Source: Phoronis australis
Lineage: Eukaryota > Animalia > Phoronida
Direction of reading: 5' to 3'
Assembly: GCA_002633005.1 (NCBI GenBank)
Contig: NMRA01000162.1
Span: 427,632 to 491,631, forward strand
DNA: 64,000 nt
Made by a program: the position numbers and the translations under genes
Shown: piece by piece, positions 49,073-63,493 of the stretch
How the letters are laid out: the number at the start of each line of letters is the position of its first letter
Position numbering within the stretch: the stretch's first letter is position 1
The notes under the pieces: generated by a model
Told to the model about the DNA's origin: nothing
Seen by the model: only the letters and a program-made list of their open reading frames with translations
Databases searched by the model: none

Positions 49073-52000
49073 AGGAGAATGTCACCCGATGTAATTAGTC
49101 TTTTTTGCCGTCTTAATCGGTCTATATCCACATCGCCTCGCATATGGTCGATTTACCTTGACAAGAAGTGTCGCGTTAACCTGTGAGGAAGGTGAGAAAC
49201 GACGCTAGCGACGTCAGTGGTTCAGAGTGAATGCCGCTATTAGTCTAGACGCACTTCTGGAAAATGTGCATGTTAAAGGCATTTTTTAGTCAAAAGTGGA
49301 GAACCTATCTTTTAGCATAATTATGGTATGCTGATTTAGATAATGCCTGTTTCCAAGCTGGATTTTGAGTTTTTGACCATCTAATTTGCATAAAAAAATG
49401 GCCGCCAAACCAACAAGATAAGAAACATTCGCAAGACCAGGAGTACAACGACATAACAACATGACTTTTAGATACTGTTGTAAAGAGATGCATGGCCATA
49501 TCGTCCCATTTAGGCCAGGAACATACCGTACTTACGTGGTTGGTCCCAGAATACCAAAATATGTTAATACAGCACCTCGTTTAGTGGTTCTTCATGTATC
49601 AATGAACTTCATCAAGGCCATAGAAGATCACATGAGTGATTCCGGAATAGCTGAGGTGTGTATAGAGAGTGCAGTACTTGGTCAAAACTTATGGAACTGG
49701 TCCTCAGTGGAAAGTCGAACAGCAAAGCTACAGTATGAGGGCACACAAACTGTCTTTGCAAGCTCTGTGGCTTCTCCTGGTGCCAAGCCTTCTCTCGTTT
49801 ATTACAGAAGCGACTGTCATGCTTGTATAACTAGTATGTCTGCAGATGATGATCCACAGAAAATTCCGGAGTTGATAATATTTCTCAATCAGGATAGGTT
49901 CAGAAAATTCCTGGGCATTTTGTCAACACTAGGTCTGATGATGTGAATTTCAGCTTGTGTTGGAATTACATCGACATGATTCCAATAATATATTGTTAAA
50001 GTACACGTGCTCTCAACGGGATGGCATTTTGGAACTGCATCTCTATTCATTTACTCGCATGCTGTCCCACCGAATTAGGCCCGAGTGGGGTGCAATCTTT
50101 TTTAGCCCAGATGCATCAACTTCCACAGTCTGTTTGGTCAGAGTTTCAAGCAGGAAATTTTGTAGTCAACCGATCTCCTCATATGCTCTGTCAGGTAAAT
50201 TCTGACCAATGGGTAAAGGGGGCAGGCAAAAAGGAGGTGGCATCATCGGTAATACCAAAACCACGTCAGCTCTATGGAGGTGGACTGTCTCATTTAATCT
50301 GAGATCTCATATAGCTGAACAAACTTACCGCTATAGGAGTACATAGTTTCACAACGGAGCCACGAAAGCCAGGCAACTGAGACAAAATAAATGTCGAGAG
50401 TTCCCTTCTTTACACTTTCCATGGATTGGAGGTCTTCTCGTCCGCAAGGCATGAGCTGCTGCAAAGCCTTGTAACAAAAGACCTAGCAGCAGCACCAATC
50501 CAAGAGTCAGTTTTACATGCCAAGGAACTTAGACACGAACAAATTAAGAAATTTAGATTATCCCTGAGCAATGCAATAATTTAGACATTTCAATTCATGC
50601 GACTTTACGCAAAAATAATGCCCCATCAATTGCCAACTTATATGATGTTGTTAAATAAAACAAAGACAAAAAATAGTTCTTAAAGCTGACAGGGATGTAC
50701 TTCGCTGTCTAGCTACGGCTTATGAGGCGGGTGGATCAGTTGATTTGCCGTCTGTGCTCAAACGCGAGCTTCTTTCCGTCCATGTTTTCTTGCAGAAACG
50801 AATGGGACAATGCGAACTGGTGATAAATCTTCATTTGCCGAAGTATTAATAGTTAACACATCGACTGTCCTGAAACAATTCAACTCCACGGCACGTTTGC
50901 TTGTCTCATTATTGATGGCGAAAACCTGGCCGATTCATTCATGAAAACAGTGCTAAACACAGGATTTCGATATCATAAAGTTGATATTGTATTTGACAGA
51001 TACAGGCAAGAAACAATGAAAGACACAACAAGAAAACAGCACAATCAAGGAACATGGCAAATCAGGAGAGTTTTGGAAGGTCGTGACGTACTTCTTTGTC
51101 AAAACTGGTCAAATTTTCGGGCACATTTCTTGTTAGAGGAAGTGTGTTTGTAGACGCCTGAAGATAAAGAGGTTAAGGTTAAATGAGGATTCAAAGACGA
51201 ACCGGAGGTCAATTAAAGCATCTAAGGGTATGAATGATTTGAGGATTCTGAAATCCACACATGAAGAACCAGATGCAAGATTGGTACTGCATGCTGTCCA
51301 CAGTCAGTCGTGCTTTCCAGGGGCACCCGATGTTCTACTGCTTCTGGTATTGCACTTCCAACAAATGCAATGTGAGCATATCGGAACGATGTCATGCACG
51401 TCAAAGAAACGACGATATATACCTATTGAAGCACTTTTCAACAAACTACTACGAGACTCAGCAACATCCTTGTTTGCTTTTTATGCCGTGACCGAGTTTG
51501 GCACCATCTCGTACTTTGTCAATCGCATGAAAAATCATCATGGAAGGTGTTCTTAGAGCATCACACATTGCTAAAGAACCTGTGCATTGGTGAACTCACT
51601 GAGAAAAGAATGAGGTCTTCAGAAGTATTTATCTGCAGAATATACATGTACAACACGACCAGAAAAGACCTGTAGAAGTACCACGCCATTTACTATTCTC
51701 CGAGCCCGTGAACCCAGAAGTCCTTCCTCCAACGCATAATGCTCGCCGTTTCCATCTAATGAGAGTGTACTATCAGGTCAAGGTATTTGCAAAATGATCA
51801 TTGTTCCTTACCTGAGCTCCCAGCACCCTCTGATATGGGAGGAACACACAAACTTATGCTTGCAGCCTACATGTATACTGATGACACAGAGTTCTATCCC
51901 AGACAGCTTTCGAGATGGTATTGTGTGTAGTATGCCAGAAACAACGCAACAGTAAACAATACAAATGCAAGAAATCTGGATTTCAATGCATATCATTATG

Positions 52001-53412
52001 CACGTGCCAGCAGCACATTCAGATTCCTTGTATGCAAACAGTTTGATTTGCCTGGCTTCAGGCATGTTAAAAAGTACCAAAATGTAAATGCTAAAACTGT
52101 GTTAAGCAGGCCTGAAAACACTTCCTGCAACTGAGAATCTAATGACTTCAATAACAATAACTATATTGATTTTTAAGAATGGAAGATAACAGGAACATGT
52201 GTGAACATTTGTCCTTATGTTCCGTCAAAATAGTGACACCTTGCTTAACGAGCATTGCAGATTAACGATTATTTGTCCACGTTGTGTAAGTATTCATATA
52301 TAACCCAATAAATATGAATATGAAATTAATTGCTTCAGAAATGACCTTAGCATGTTTGTTGACCATGAAAATATAAGTATAAACACCTCATTTTTCAAGT
52401 TAGCCTGTAGGAGCACGAACTTAAGACGAAAATTACAATGTATCATAATAGCGGCACCTAATTTGCATAATTAGTTTTTAGAGTTGCATTTTTAGCTTTC
52501 ATAAGTGATCAATAGTATTGATCAATAAGTATTTATAAGAAGTGTAGAGGTGAGACATTTCACCATTTCAAATGGTCTATTGTGATTTCTATTACAAAAA
52601 TACACCTGAAATTGACAATTTGGCCGCCATTTTGTTTATGCTAATTAGATGGTTCAAAATGAAAAATTCGGCTTGGGAACAGAGTTAGTTGAATTCGCCA
52701 TACCTTGATTGTGTGAAAAAGTCTTGTTCCCAACTTCTAATAAAAAATGCTTCTACAAGGCTCTTTTCAGGAAATGCATCTAGACTATATGTTGCGGTGC
52801 ATCGTTCCCGCTTGTCCGAACTAAGCAGCTGAGAGGAAAGCGGTTATATCGTTTTTTACTTCCTCGAGAGTCCGAAATGCTTAGGAAGTGGCTCATCGTA
52901 GTGAAGAATGAAATGTGCGCTGGAAATAGCAAGTATGAAGCCGTGAAACATCTCCGTGTCAGTGACCTGCTGACGTCGACAGTGCCTGACGAATGCCGGC
53001 TTACCAAGTAACTCCATACGTTCCGTTGTCTGAGCTTGTTCACGGCGCCTCTCTAATATTTCTTCATCACTGTATTCCTGTTCGAATGGATAGCTTTTAA
53101 AACTTAACGATTCACCTGCGAAGTCGGGACTGATGAGCTCTAGCTCGTCCTAAGTCGGGATTGCGAGTTGCCATGTTGGCGTTTATTACTGAGCGTTCTG
53201 TTTCAAAATGAATTATTCTCACCCTAACCAATACTTATATAAAACTGAAACAAAGTCTGTCTCATTAGATGCAATTTGTAATGCCTTTGGATTGTTCGTG
53301 AGTACACATGATTTGAGAAGCCAGCAATGAATAAATCACTACGTTACAGGCTTTAGGTGCAATAAAACTAATTGACGAGACACCGAGGCCGTGTGAGCGC
53401 ATGCTAATTTAA
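49073..53412 (+). mobile_element. Kolobok-like element interrupted by Academ, duplicate of 4119-8860
   Basis: TTAA (49069-49072) followed by aggagaatgtcacccga. THAP remnant resumes after 52790. Confidence 0.7.
49241..52787 (+). mobile_element. Academ family A, duplicate of 4294-8235
   Basis: TAGTCTAGA...TCTAGACTA termini with a perfect 3-bp TSD TAT (49238-49240, 52788-52790). Motifs STHEEPDARLVLHA and IVFDRY. Has an extra deletion of ~370 bp near 49450. Confidence 0.9.
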
Positions 53413-56240
53413 GATATACATAGGTTTGAATTCGCAAAATTGACTAATTGATTTTAATAATCCAGTAAAGTAGTAGAATCCGCAAAAGGTTCGCTATACA
53501 AATTTTCTCGATTTTTCGAAATATATGTATAATTGATTTCGTTCACGTTTTCAAGTGCCTTTAAACGACCTGTGCTGCAAAAGCGGAGACCCTAACGACA
53601 ATGTCCTGGCTACTGTCCTGAAAAGGTAAACCATGCACTGATACAGAGTTGTTAAACGTTCTCTCGAATTTTCTCACTCGTCCGTATTTCGCAATCTTTC
53701 GTGTCTCGACTGTCCCCAGCCCCACGCCTATGTCGGTTGCCACAGTTTAACCCTGACGCCTGAAAATTTTTGGAGGGGGGACGTGCCCTCCGCCCCCCCC
53801 CGCTTCCTACGGCCATGCATTTAATGTTACAAAATTGCAAATGTCTCAAAGCTCGACAGTTTTCCGTATGACTCAGGGCGAGATATTAGACTGGGAGGCA
53901 TTTTGATCAACAAAACTTTGAAAGTACAAATAACGCCGCCTTACTTTTTTAAACATGACGACTATGTTATGAGTGCAAGGCGTGGGCCCTCGCTTTGTGA
54001 GGTCACGTCTCATTTTTAAGCTTACCTGTTGCCCGTTAGTAAATAGGATGTTATAGGAGAATCCAAAATTTGGGTCCACGGGCTGGGGGCAAAATTTTTG
54101 AGAAATTCGTTTTGTGCTCCCCCGTCCAATAATATTTACCTGGATTAGTCCTGATTTCACCAAATCTTTTCGCTTCATTCGACGGCGATATGAATTGTCA
54201 TGAGTGTGACTTCAAGTTGAGCTGTGCGCTTAAAAACTGTTTTCCGTGCGTACAAGACGTCCCTTTTCATTGCCAGGAAAATTGCCCAGGTAATAGGAGC
54301 TGTCACATGTAGTTCTACTTCGTTCGTGTCAATGACCGGTTGGATAACGTTAGTATAAAGAGAGTATATTGCATAGACGTTTAACGTCTTTATTGTCAAT
54401 TTGTGTCTGACTTGATCGCTATATGAAATTTATTCAGCACGTCTTATTTTGAGGAACTTTAGCTGTTGTTACAATTGAATAAAAACTAAATATTAAGTAC
54501 ATGTACAGTACTTACGCCGACCAGCTTCACCTGAAGGGTGACAACCTTGTCACAGATTTGAATCACGCATTTTAAATAGACACCGGATTATGAACACAAT
54601 GATACAATTCGAACACATTTTACCTTGTTGAGATCGTGAGAAATCAGGGCTGTTTTGTGGTATTAAAAAAGCACATGAATCGGCGAAACATTGCATTTCA
54701 ATACTTAATACAAACGTATTGATGTGTAAGAAGCTGATTTGTTTGTCTATACATGCACATTAATACAGTAAACCAAAATATCGTTATAAGTCACCTAGGT
54801 CCCGACACTGCCGTACCGACCGCGCACCGACGCTCCGGGTGTCTCTAGATCTTAGACCGGGCATGGAATCTGATAGGACCACTGTATTCTAATTTCGCGA
54901 CCCTAATTCGAAAAATACGCAAGCCCGTCAACTCTCCTCAGTGTCACAAACAGGTCACCCCGACACCCTTCCATCCGATTTGTTGCCAATAGGTGGCGTG
55001 ACACCCCTGCTTTGCGTGCCGTGCGTTCCGGAATGGTGGGTTGCTAAGTCGCCCGCCAGCTCTCACTATACAAAGGCTTAAAGGAAGCCGATGGCACCCA
55101 ACTACGACTGTCCCTTGAGCTCAGCCTGGGGATCTGATTCGTGTCGAATTTGTCATGAAACCGCCGCTGGATTATTGTATGTGCGCCTTTGNGTGACAAC
55201 CTTGTCACAGATTTGAATCACGCATTTTAAATAGACACCGGATTATGAACACAATGATACAATTCGAACCCATTTTACCTTGTTGAGATCGTGAGAAATC
55301 AGGGCTGTTTTGTGGTATTAAAAAAGCACATGAATCGGCGAAACATTGCATTTCAATACTTAATACAAACGTATTGATGTGTATGAAGCTGATTTTTTGT
55401 CTATACATGCACATTAATACAGTAAACCAAAATATCGTTATAAGTCACCTAGGTCCCGACACTGCCGTACCGACCGCCCACCGACGCTCCGGGTGTCTCT
55501 AGATCTTAGACCGGGCATGGAATCTGATAGGACCACTGTATTCTAATTTCGCCACCCTAATTCGAAAAATACGCAAGCTCGTCAACTCTCCTCAGTGTCA
55601 CAAACAGGTCACCCCGACACCCTTCCATCCGATTTATTGCCAATAGGTGGCGTGACACCCCTGCTTTGCGTGCCGTGCGTTCCGATGGCACCCAACTACG
55701 ACTGTCCCTTGAGCTCAGCCTGGGGATCTGATTCGTGTCGAATTTGTCATGAAACCGCCGCTGGATTATTGTATGTGCGCCTTTGTAATAACTGCGCGTA
55801 TCGAACTTAACGCACAAAACGCTGCTGGGATCACCGGGAGTTCCTTTGTGCTCCAATCCTCACAAAGCGGATGAGACATGCTTCTGTTTTGCTTCTTAGT
55901 GAATGATCGTTTCTATGTTTGTAAATCGCAAACAATTACCACTTGCGCAACCGCCGAGTTAGCGCGCACCTTACCTTAGGGATGTTAGTGTCGCGTCTGT
56001 TTTTGTATTTATTACAACCCGTTAACTAGTTTCGTGTTGTTGGTTTTTGGTGTTTTTGGTATGAGATTGGCGATTTTAAGCAGAAAGTGGCGTCAGAGGC
56101 CAAACATAACCGTGACTACAAGTTTCTCATCAGAAAAGTTTTTTTTATCAAACATATACTGTGCAAGACTGAGATGGTTGAAACTGCTTGTTGCATTTGA
56201 TCGAACTTCTGCTGTGTTGACCTGCCTGAGAAACACAATG

Positions 56241-58550
56241 CAGGGCTGCAGGAAGCGGGGAGCCGGGGGGGGGGNNNNNNNNNNNNNNNNNNNNNNNNNN
56301 NNNNNNNNNNNNNNNNNNNNNNNNNNNNNNNNNNNNNNNNNNNNNNNNNNNNNNNNNNNNNNNNNNNNNNNNNNNNNNNNNNNNNNNNNNNNNNNNNNNN
56401 NNNNNNNNNNNNNNNNNNNNNNNNNNNNNNNNNNNNNNNNNNNNNNNNNNNNNNNNNNNNNNNNNNNNNNNNNNNNNNNNNNNNNNNNNNNNNNNNNNNN
56501 NNNNNNNNNNNNNNNNNNNNNNNNNNNNNNNNNNNNNNNNNGGGGGGGGGGGGGGGCGGGGGGGGGGGGGGGGCACGGGTCCCAATTCTCAGGCGTCAGG
56601 GTTCAACCGTGGCAACCGACATAAGCGTGGGGAGGGTACAGTCGAGAAAAGAAAGACTGCTAAATGCGGATAAGAGAGAAAAATCCAGAGAAACATTTAA
56701 CAACTCTGTATCAGTGCATGGTTTACCTTTAGGGACCCTGGACAGGTCATTGTTGTTGGGGTCTCCGCTTTCGCAGCACGGGTCGTATAAACGTACTTGA
56801 AAACGTGCATGTAATGAATCATGCATTATATTTCGTAAAAGCGAAAAAAAATGTAAAGCGAAACTTTTGCAGAGCGTGTTAATTTACTTGATTTTTAAAT
56901 TCAATATGTCAAAATTTTGCGACTGCAAAACCATATTTTTCCAGAGGCCCTTCGCTGGCAAGGGATAACGGAAACAACTGTTCATTTTTTCTCGAATTAT
57001 GTATCACTTGATGCCCTGACAGAAGCACATTCCTTGATTTTTCAAAATATTGATGATTTCATATTGAGGGGCCCACCCTTGAAGGAGGCCATTGATGACA
57101 TTCAAGTGGCCACCATTTTAATGTTTTTATTGACAAATTCTTAACGACCCTCTCACTAATAGAGGGCCCAATGTTGGACTTGATTCCTTATTCCTAGTTT
57201 CCTGTTTTTTGTGAAATTATGCAACTGACATTTCATGTTGAAGAGGGTCACTTCCTGCACCGTCTTGTGACCACACGACGGTGGAATAGATTGTCATTCA
57301 TTTCCAAGCTTAATGATGTTTAGCCTTTCATCTCACGGTGTCCCATTACAGACGGTACCCTCTCTTGGTGGAGAAGTTCGGGGAAAGGTCCATTTGTCCC
57401 TCTATATATGTAAATCCGACACCATGGGTGGCGCAGCACTGAACAAGTGTGTGTGGGTGGGGGGGTTAAAGCCACCCAGCCCCCTGTGATGCACCGCCCA
57501 TAGACCATGGGTGGCACAACACTGAAAAAAGATGGGGCTATAGCCTCTCCAGCTCCCTTTGGTGCGCCGCCCATAGACACTGACAAGTATTCTCGAGCGA
57601 AGTTGGGATTCCAAATTCATAAAAAACACCAACATCCGTGCACAGCATAAGAGTATCAAGACATTCGATCCAATCAACCAAAAAAATGTAAAAAAAATAC
57701 AATAGGATTGACCGCCATCGTAAGGGTGGAATTTTGAAGAACGATAAGGCCCCTATTTGTCAATTACACAAAAGGGTTATTTCCGATGGTTAGTTACAGA
57801 ATAATTAGAAAACGGACAATCGCAGCACAAATAAAAAAGTTCATATTAGCTCAACGTCTTTTCATAAGACAGCATCAGGATATGTACAGCAGGACAACAA
57901 GTGTCGATTACCATTCGACATCGATGTGGTGAAATGAGAGTGAGAGATTGTCCGTTTTCCAATCGTACTATGGCCAAAAATAATGTTACTGTTTCCCATA
58001 GTATCACAAAAATAGCATCTCTTTGAAAATGGTTACTATGAATTGTTTGTAAGGAATCCCCACATATGAAAAACACTGCTGTCGAGACTACCATTGGGGT
58101 GAACGAGCTACATGTACTCAAAAACTCCCAATAACAATAGTTCAGCGTTTATTTGGGGGGGGGGTCAAGTTAAACTCGAGAACCTTATAGTTACCTCGTT
58201 AATGTGCAAAAATACACCTATCTATGAATGTCGAATCTCCCATTTTCCCCGGTTACCCGTCAAAAATCTGCGATTATGCCTGCGGAAAATGCTTATAACA
58301 TTCCGTTTTGATTAACAAATTCGTTAGATTTTGATTTACATGCTCATATATCTACGAAAACTAACAGTTTAATAGATGATTTTTGGCAATCAGAGGCTAA
58401 TCTTTTAAGAAATGATGACGATTCAGGGAATTTAGTTGAAGCCTGGATATGGAAAAACTCTATAATTTGATCCCCATATAGTGAAGTGCACCTGGACACC
58501 TTTTTCCTATCTAAAATAACTCTCAAAGACATTGATGAAATTTGGACACT
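56241..58550 (-). mobile_element. Inverted partial 'R' element, duplicate of 10500-12190, retaining its terminus
   Basis: Begins cagggctgcaggaagcggg (rc of the R right end), crosses the poly-G gap, and aligns in reverse with 59990-61632. Confidence 0.7.
57423..57575. mobile_element. 153-bp GC-rich MITE with a 5-bp TSD
   Basis: TIRs catgggtggcgcagca / tggtgcgccgcccat(a/g), with GACAC on both flanks (57418-57422, 57576-57580). Empty site rc cagtgtcggat at ~14755. Partial duplicate at 11158-11234. Confidence 0.7.
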
Positions 58551-58977
58551 TCCCAAAACTTAACTCACAATTTAAATGACAATAAATACATTGCTTTTTG
58601 ACTTCGGTACAAGTTTTGTTGTTTAAACTCACCAACAGGGGATCAAAAAGGAATCAAGTCATTAAAAGGTACCTGAAGTACAATAACATGTATTTTAATG
58701 TAATTTAATTAATTGATGAATAAAGTCTATATCAGAAATCACATGTTTGTTACTCTTTCACATTTTTGTAAAAAAGCGTTTTTCCAATGTTAATTCCTAT
58801 TGGCTAACGTGCATCTGACGTCACTGAGGCTGTACCGTGGGTGAAGGCAATAAGGCAAATTAAGGGTGTAATGTACATACCTCGTTGGGTGAATGCCTCT
58901 CGGCTACAGAACTGTGCTTAAAGTGTATAATTCGTCTGCGATCTCGGCTCTTAAAAGTTCATAATACAAGTTTACTG

Positions 58978-61632
58978 CAGGCCTGTAGGAGGGCAAAAAT
59001 TAGTGANNNNNNNNNNNNNNNNNNNNNNNNNNNNGGGGGGGGGGGGCGGCAAACCATTTCGACTTCGCCAAACAACCCCCTCCCCCATCGCCATAACCAT
59101 CCCCCCTCGCCCCCGTTGCCACCATATTTGTACCGAATCTCCCACGTCTGCCCTAGGTGAAGGCACAGCGGCAGATTTAGGGGTGACCAAGGGTCCATGA
59201 CTCCCGTAAAATTCTCCCAGATTCCATTTGGCAGTTCGGGGGCGGAGGCGATTTTCTGACGGGTAAAACCCTGGTTAATACTCTTCCCTGCCCCCCAACC
59301 AATTCAAAATCCTGAATCCGCCCCTGGGACAATGATCCCGCATGGATGAAGCCATCAAGAGTTGAGTAACCGTGAACCTACACGGAGAGTAAGAGGAGCT
59401 GCCTCAAGTAGCTAAAGCAGAGATCTAACAGTGTGAAAATACGAAATTTCTGATGAACTAAAGTTAGTTGCTGGTCTTTGACTCACTTGAGACAGGCAGC
59501 TCGTGCCTGCCGTCAGCGCTCGCTCTACGGTCAAGATGCGTTTAATTGTGATCCAGTTTCGGGAAAACTCTATTACTCTGCGCGTGCAAGCGCAGGGTAC
59601 TGTTGTTCTGTTATTATGGTCATTCTTTGAAGGAGTTTTTTTGAAAAGTTGAGGTCCCGAAGAAACTGGTATACAGTGTACATGTAGTGCCTTTGGGGCT
59701 GTTTCAAAATGCCTAGTTGAAACACGATCAGTAGTCCATTTTCTGGTGACTAGGGAAAAGGATAGTGTGTCCCAAAAATGCCGGCACACACTTTCTGAAC
59801 GCCTGGAGTGGATCACTAAGTCTCTGCCCGTCGGGCCTACTGCAGGGTTACATCTTAGCAATCAATTAAATTTTGAAGAACAAAAATTCATTGCTCAATA
59901 CTACAGGAATCTAAAAACACCAAGGAAGTGCAAAGACAAACTTTCCAAATTCGAGGATTTTTAAAGCGTTTTTTCTATCTACGAATTGGGAATCCGAATG
60001 TCTTCAATGTTTTTGAGAGTTATTTTAGATATGCAAAAATCGTCTATACATATACTAAGTGTACTTTACTATTTGGGGATCAGAGTGTTTTGGTCTTTTT
60101 CCAATTTCAGGCTGAAATTACATTCACTGAAACATCGCCAATTCTTACAAGATTGGCTTCTAATTGTAAAAAATAATCAATGAATCTGTCGATTTACATA
60201 GTTATACATACTTAAACAAGTAAATCTGAAACCAATGAATTTATTTGTCAAAATGGAATGTTATAAGCAGTTTCCGCATGCATGCTTGCAGACTTTTGAC
60301 TGGTAACCGGGGAAATATGGGAGATGGGGCATTCGTATTCTAGTGTATTTTTCTCATTTCAGAGGTACCTATAACGGTACAGGAGGTAAACTTGAACTAC
60401 ACTGACAAAAACACTGAAATCATTGTTATGATTGCGAGAGTTTTGTGAGTACCCCTTTCGACATGTACCTGGTCATCATAAATAGTTACAAGCTTAGACA
60501 GCAGTGTTTTCCACATGTGTGAATTCCTTACAAACAACTCATAGTAACCATCTTTAAAAGAGATACTATTCTAGTGATAATACGGGGAACAGTAACATTA
60601 TTTCATAAGCAATCATCGGAAATAATCCTTTTGTGTAATTCACAAATAGTGGTCTTCATGTTCTTCAAAATTCCACCCTTTCGATGTCGGCAATCCTAAT
60701 GCATTTTTCATATTTTTGGTTGTTTGGGTCGAATGGCTGTGCTGTACACGAATGTTTTGTGTTTTTTAAAGAATTTGGAATCTCAACTTCCATCGTGAAT
60801 ACTTAGCAGTGTCGGATTCTCATGCATAGAGACAAGGGTAAATTTCCCCCGAACTGCTCCACCGAGAGAGGGTACCGTCTGAAATGGGACACCTTAAGAT
60901 GAAAGGCTAAACATCATTAAGGAAGCTAGACAGTGCATTCCACCGTCGTGTGGTCTCAAAGCGATGCAGGGAATGACCTCCTTCAAAATGAAAGCTGGTT
61001 GCACGATTTCACAAAAACAGGAAAATAGAGGTAATCGATTTCAACATTGGGCCCTCTCTCCGTGAACGGCCTCTTAAGAATTTGTCAATGGCCTCCTTCA
61101 AGGGCGGGCCCTTAAATATGAAAATATCTATACTTTCAAATATCAGGAAATGCGCAACAATGGATGTTATCTGTCAGGTGATCAATTTTTCTCAAGTAAT
61201 ATACAGTTTCGAGAAAAAAATAGAGCGAAAGTTGCCTTCGTCATCCCTTGCCAGAGAAAGGCATCTGGAAAAATATTGTCGCAAAATTGACTCATTGACT
61301 TTAAAAATCCAGTAAATTAGTACGCTCCTAAAAAGCTTCGCTTTACAAATTTTCTCGATTTTTCAAAATATATGTACATGTATGATTGATTTCTTGCACG
61401 TTTTCAAGTGCGTTTAGACGACCTATGCTGCAAAAGAGGAGACCCTAACGACAATGTCCTGACAAGGTCCTCAAAAGGTAAACTATGCACCAATGCAGAG
61501 TTATTAAACGTTCTCTTGAATTTTCTTTCTTATTCGTATTTCGCAGTGTTTCTTTTCTCGACTGTCCCCGGCCCCACGCCTATGTCGGTTGCCGCGGTTT
61601 AACATTGTGGGGGGGCCGTTCCTACGGCCCTG
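58978..61632 (+). mobile_element. hAT-like 'R' element, duplicate of 12768-15439
   Basis: Ends caggcctgtagga ... tcctacggccctg; flanks ttactg / taactg. Confidence 0.65.
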
Positions 61633-61831
61633 TAACTGCCGTGTAGTGTTGACTATTAGTGGAACGATGCCCGGTTCTCGGCACGTCCTAGGAAAGGGCC
61701 CCGACTGCGTAGCCTTTCCAATACGCCTTTTGCAAGTTTACAACATATCTTCGATGAAGCATATATATGGGAATTCAGGTGACTTTGTGGTTACTGTTAA
61801 CTTTGACCGCGCGCGCGATAACCACAATTAA

Positions 61832-63493
61832 AGGCGAATGCCACCCGATTTAATTAGTCTTTTTTACCGTCTTAATCGGTCTATTTCCACATCGCCTCCC
61901 ATGCGGTCGACCTTACCTTGCCAAGAGGTGTCGCGTTAACCTGTGAGGAAGGTGAGAAACGACGCTAGCGACGTCAGTGGTTCATATGCAGAGTGAGTGC
62001 CGCTATTTTGCGGTGTATCGTTCCCGCTTGTCCGAACTAAGCAGCCGCGAGGAAAGCGAATATATCGTTTTTTTTTACTTCCTCGAGAGTCCGAAATGCT
62101 TAGGAATTGGCTCATGGTAGTGAAGAATGAAATGTACGCTGTAAATAGCAAGTATGAGGCCGTGAAACATCTCCGAGTCTGTGGCCTTCAGACGACGTCG
62201 ACAGTGCCTCACGAATGCCGGCTTACCAAATAACTCCATACGTTCCGTTGTCTGAGCTTGTTCACGGCGCCTCTCTAGTATTTCTTCATCACTGTATTCC
62301 TGTTCGAATTGATAGCCTGTAAAACTTAACGATCCACCTACGATATCGGGACTGATGAGCTCTAGCTCGTCCTAAGTCGGGATTGCGAGTTGCCAGTGTT
62401 GGCGTTTATTACTGAGCGTTCTGTTTTAAAATGAATTATTCTCACCCTAACCAATACTTATATAAAACTAAAACAAAGTCTGTCTCATTAGATGCAATTT
62501 GTAATGCCTTTGGAGTGTTCGTGAGTGCAAATGATTTGAGAAGCCAGCAAAGCGTTACCGGCTTTAGGTGCAATAAAACTAATGGACGGGACACCGAGGC
62601 CGTGTGAGCTCATGCTAATTTAGTGTTTGCTGGCAGAAACTGTTGTGAAACAACTCGATTTCTATCCCATGACCAGGTGTTAGGGGAATCTTTATTTACA
62701 TTTACATTACTCAAATAATGATTGTGTACAACTTCTGCCCTGACGGCCGGTGCTGTGGCCCAAAGCGGAACTGAATTCGCGACCCCCTACGAGTAAGTAA
62801 ATTTGCAGTTTCGTGGCTAATTCACCAACAATCACGTGCACATTACTTTGGCTCACTAGTATAGTATTTTCTTGACTGGAAGTTTAGTTTCCACTGAATT
62901 TTAGGCTGGTTTGTTCGTGATGTCTGATCAGTTTCCGAGCCACTGGCCGGGATAACGAGTCAATCCGGCCGGCCGCGACGGGCCTGATGGGGCTCCAAGC
63001 CACTGGCCAGGATACCAAGCGTTTTGTTTTTAGAACTCAGAAAATCACAAGTCTAAACAACACAGATCTAGGTTCTCCTGTCTGTATCTCACGGAAAATA
63101 CTTCGAAATTATCTCCGAACACATCCCAAACTCCTGCTACAGACCTTATTGGCCTGCCGAACTTTTTAGGCTACGGTGTGTCCAAATACCAATAAATCCG
63201 TAACAGCGAAATAAAACAACACGTTTTTGTAAGAACTCGGTGTATTTTTAAGGGTTTTACATCGAAGTTTGATGATTTATTGGTGTTAAACGATGACTCC
63301 AAGCGATAAGCTGACACCAGTAACCCGTGTTGTGAACTGCTGAACAGAATGCGTGTGAAACCGCAATTGGATAATTTCAACACCTCCGTCTGCCGTCAGG
63401 TGTCAGGTAACGCAACCGCACGTGTAGTTATGGAGTAGAACTACTCGATCTAAATTGATACAAATTAGGTTGTTTTTTGGGTGGCATGCTCCT
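61832..63493 (+). mobile_element. Complete 1.66 kb non-autonomous Kolobok-like element with a THAP remnant
   Basis: TTAA on both flanks (61828-61831, 63494-63497). 15-bp TIR aggcgaatgccaccc / rc aggagcatgccaccc. 61997-62190 encodes a frameshifted THAP finger (RCIVPACPN...FFLLPRESEMLRNWL...HLRVCGL). Confidence 0.8.

Larger units (their letters stand above)
44001..53817 (+). mobile_element. 'R' element copy carrying four nested insertions; left end lies in or before the gap
   Basis: 44001-44300 aligns with 12995-13374. It resumes at 47211 and ends in cttcctacggccatg at 53817. Confidence 0.65.

Noticed and set aside
53873-54520. Minus-strand ORF fragments with a small gtaagt...aacag intron-like segment
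   Set aside because: Stops in all frames, not maintained in copy A, and no identifiable homology.
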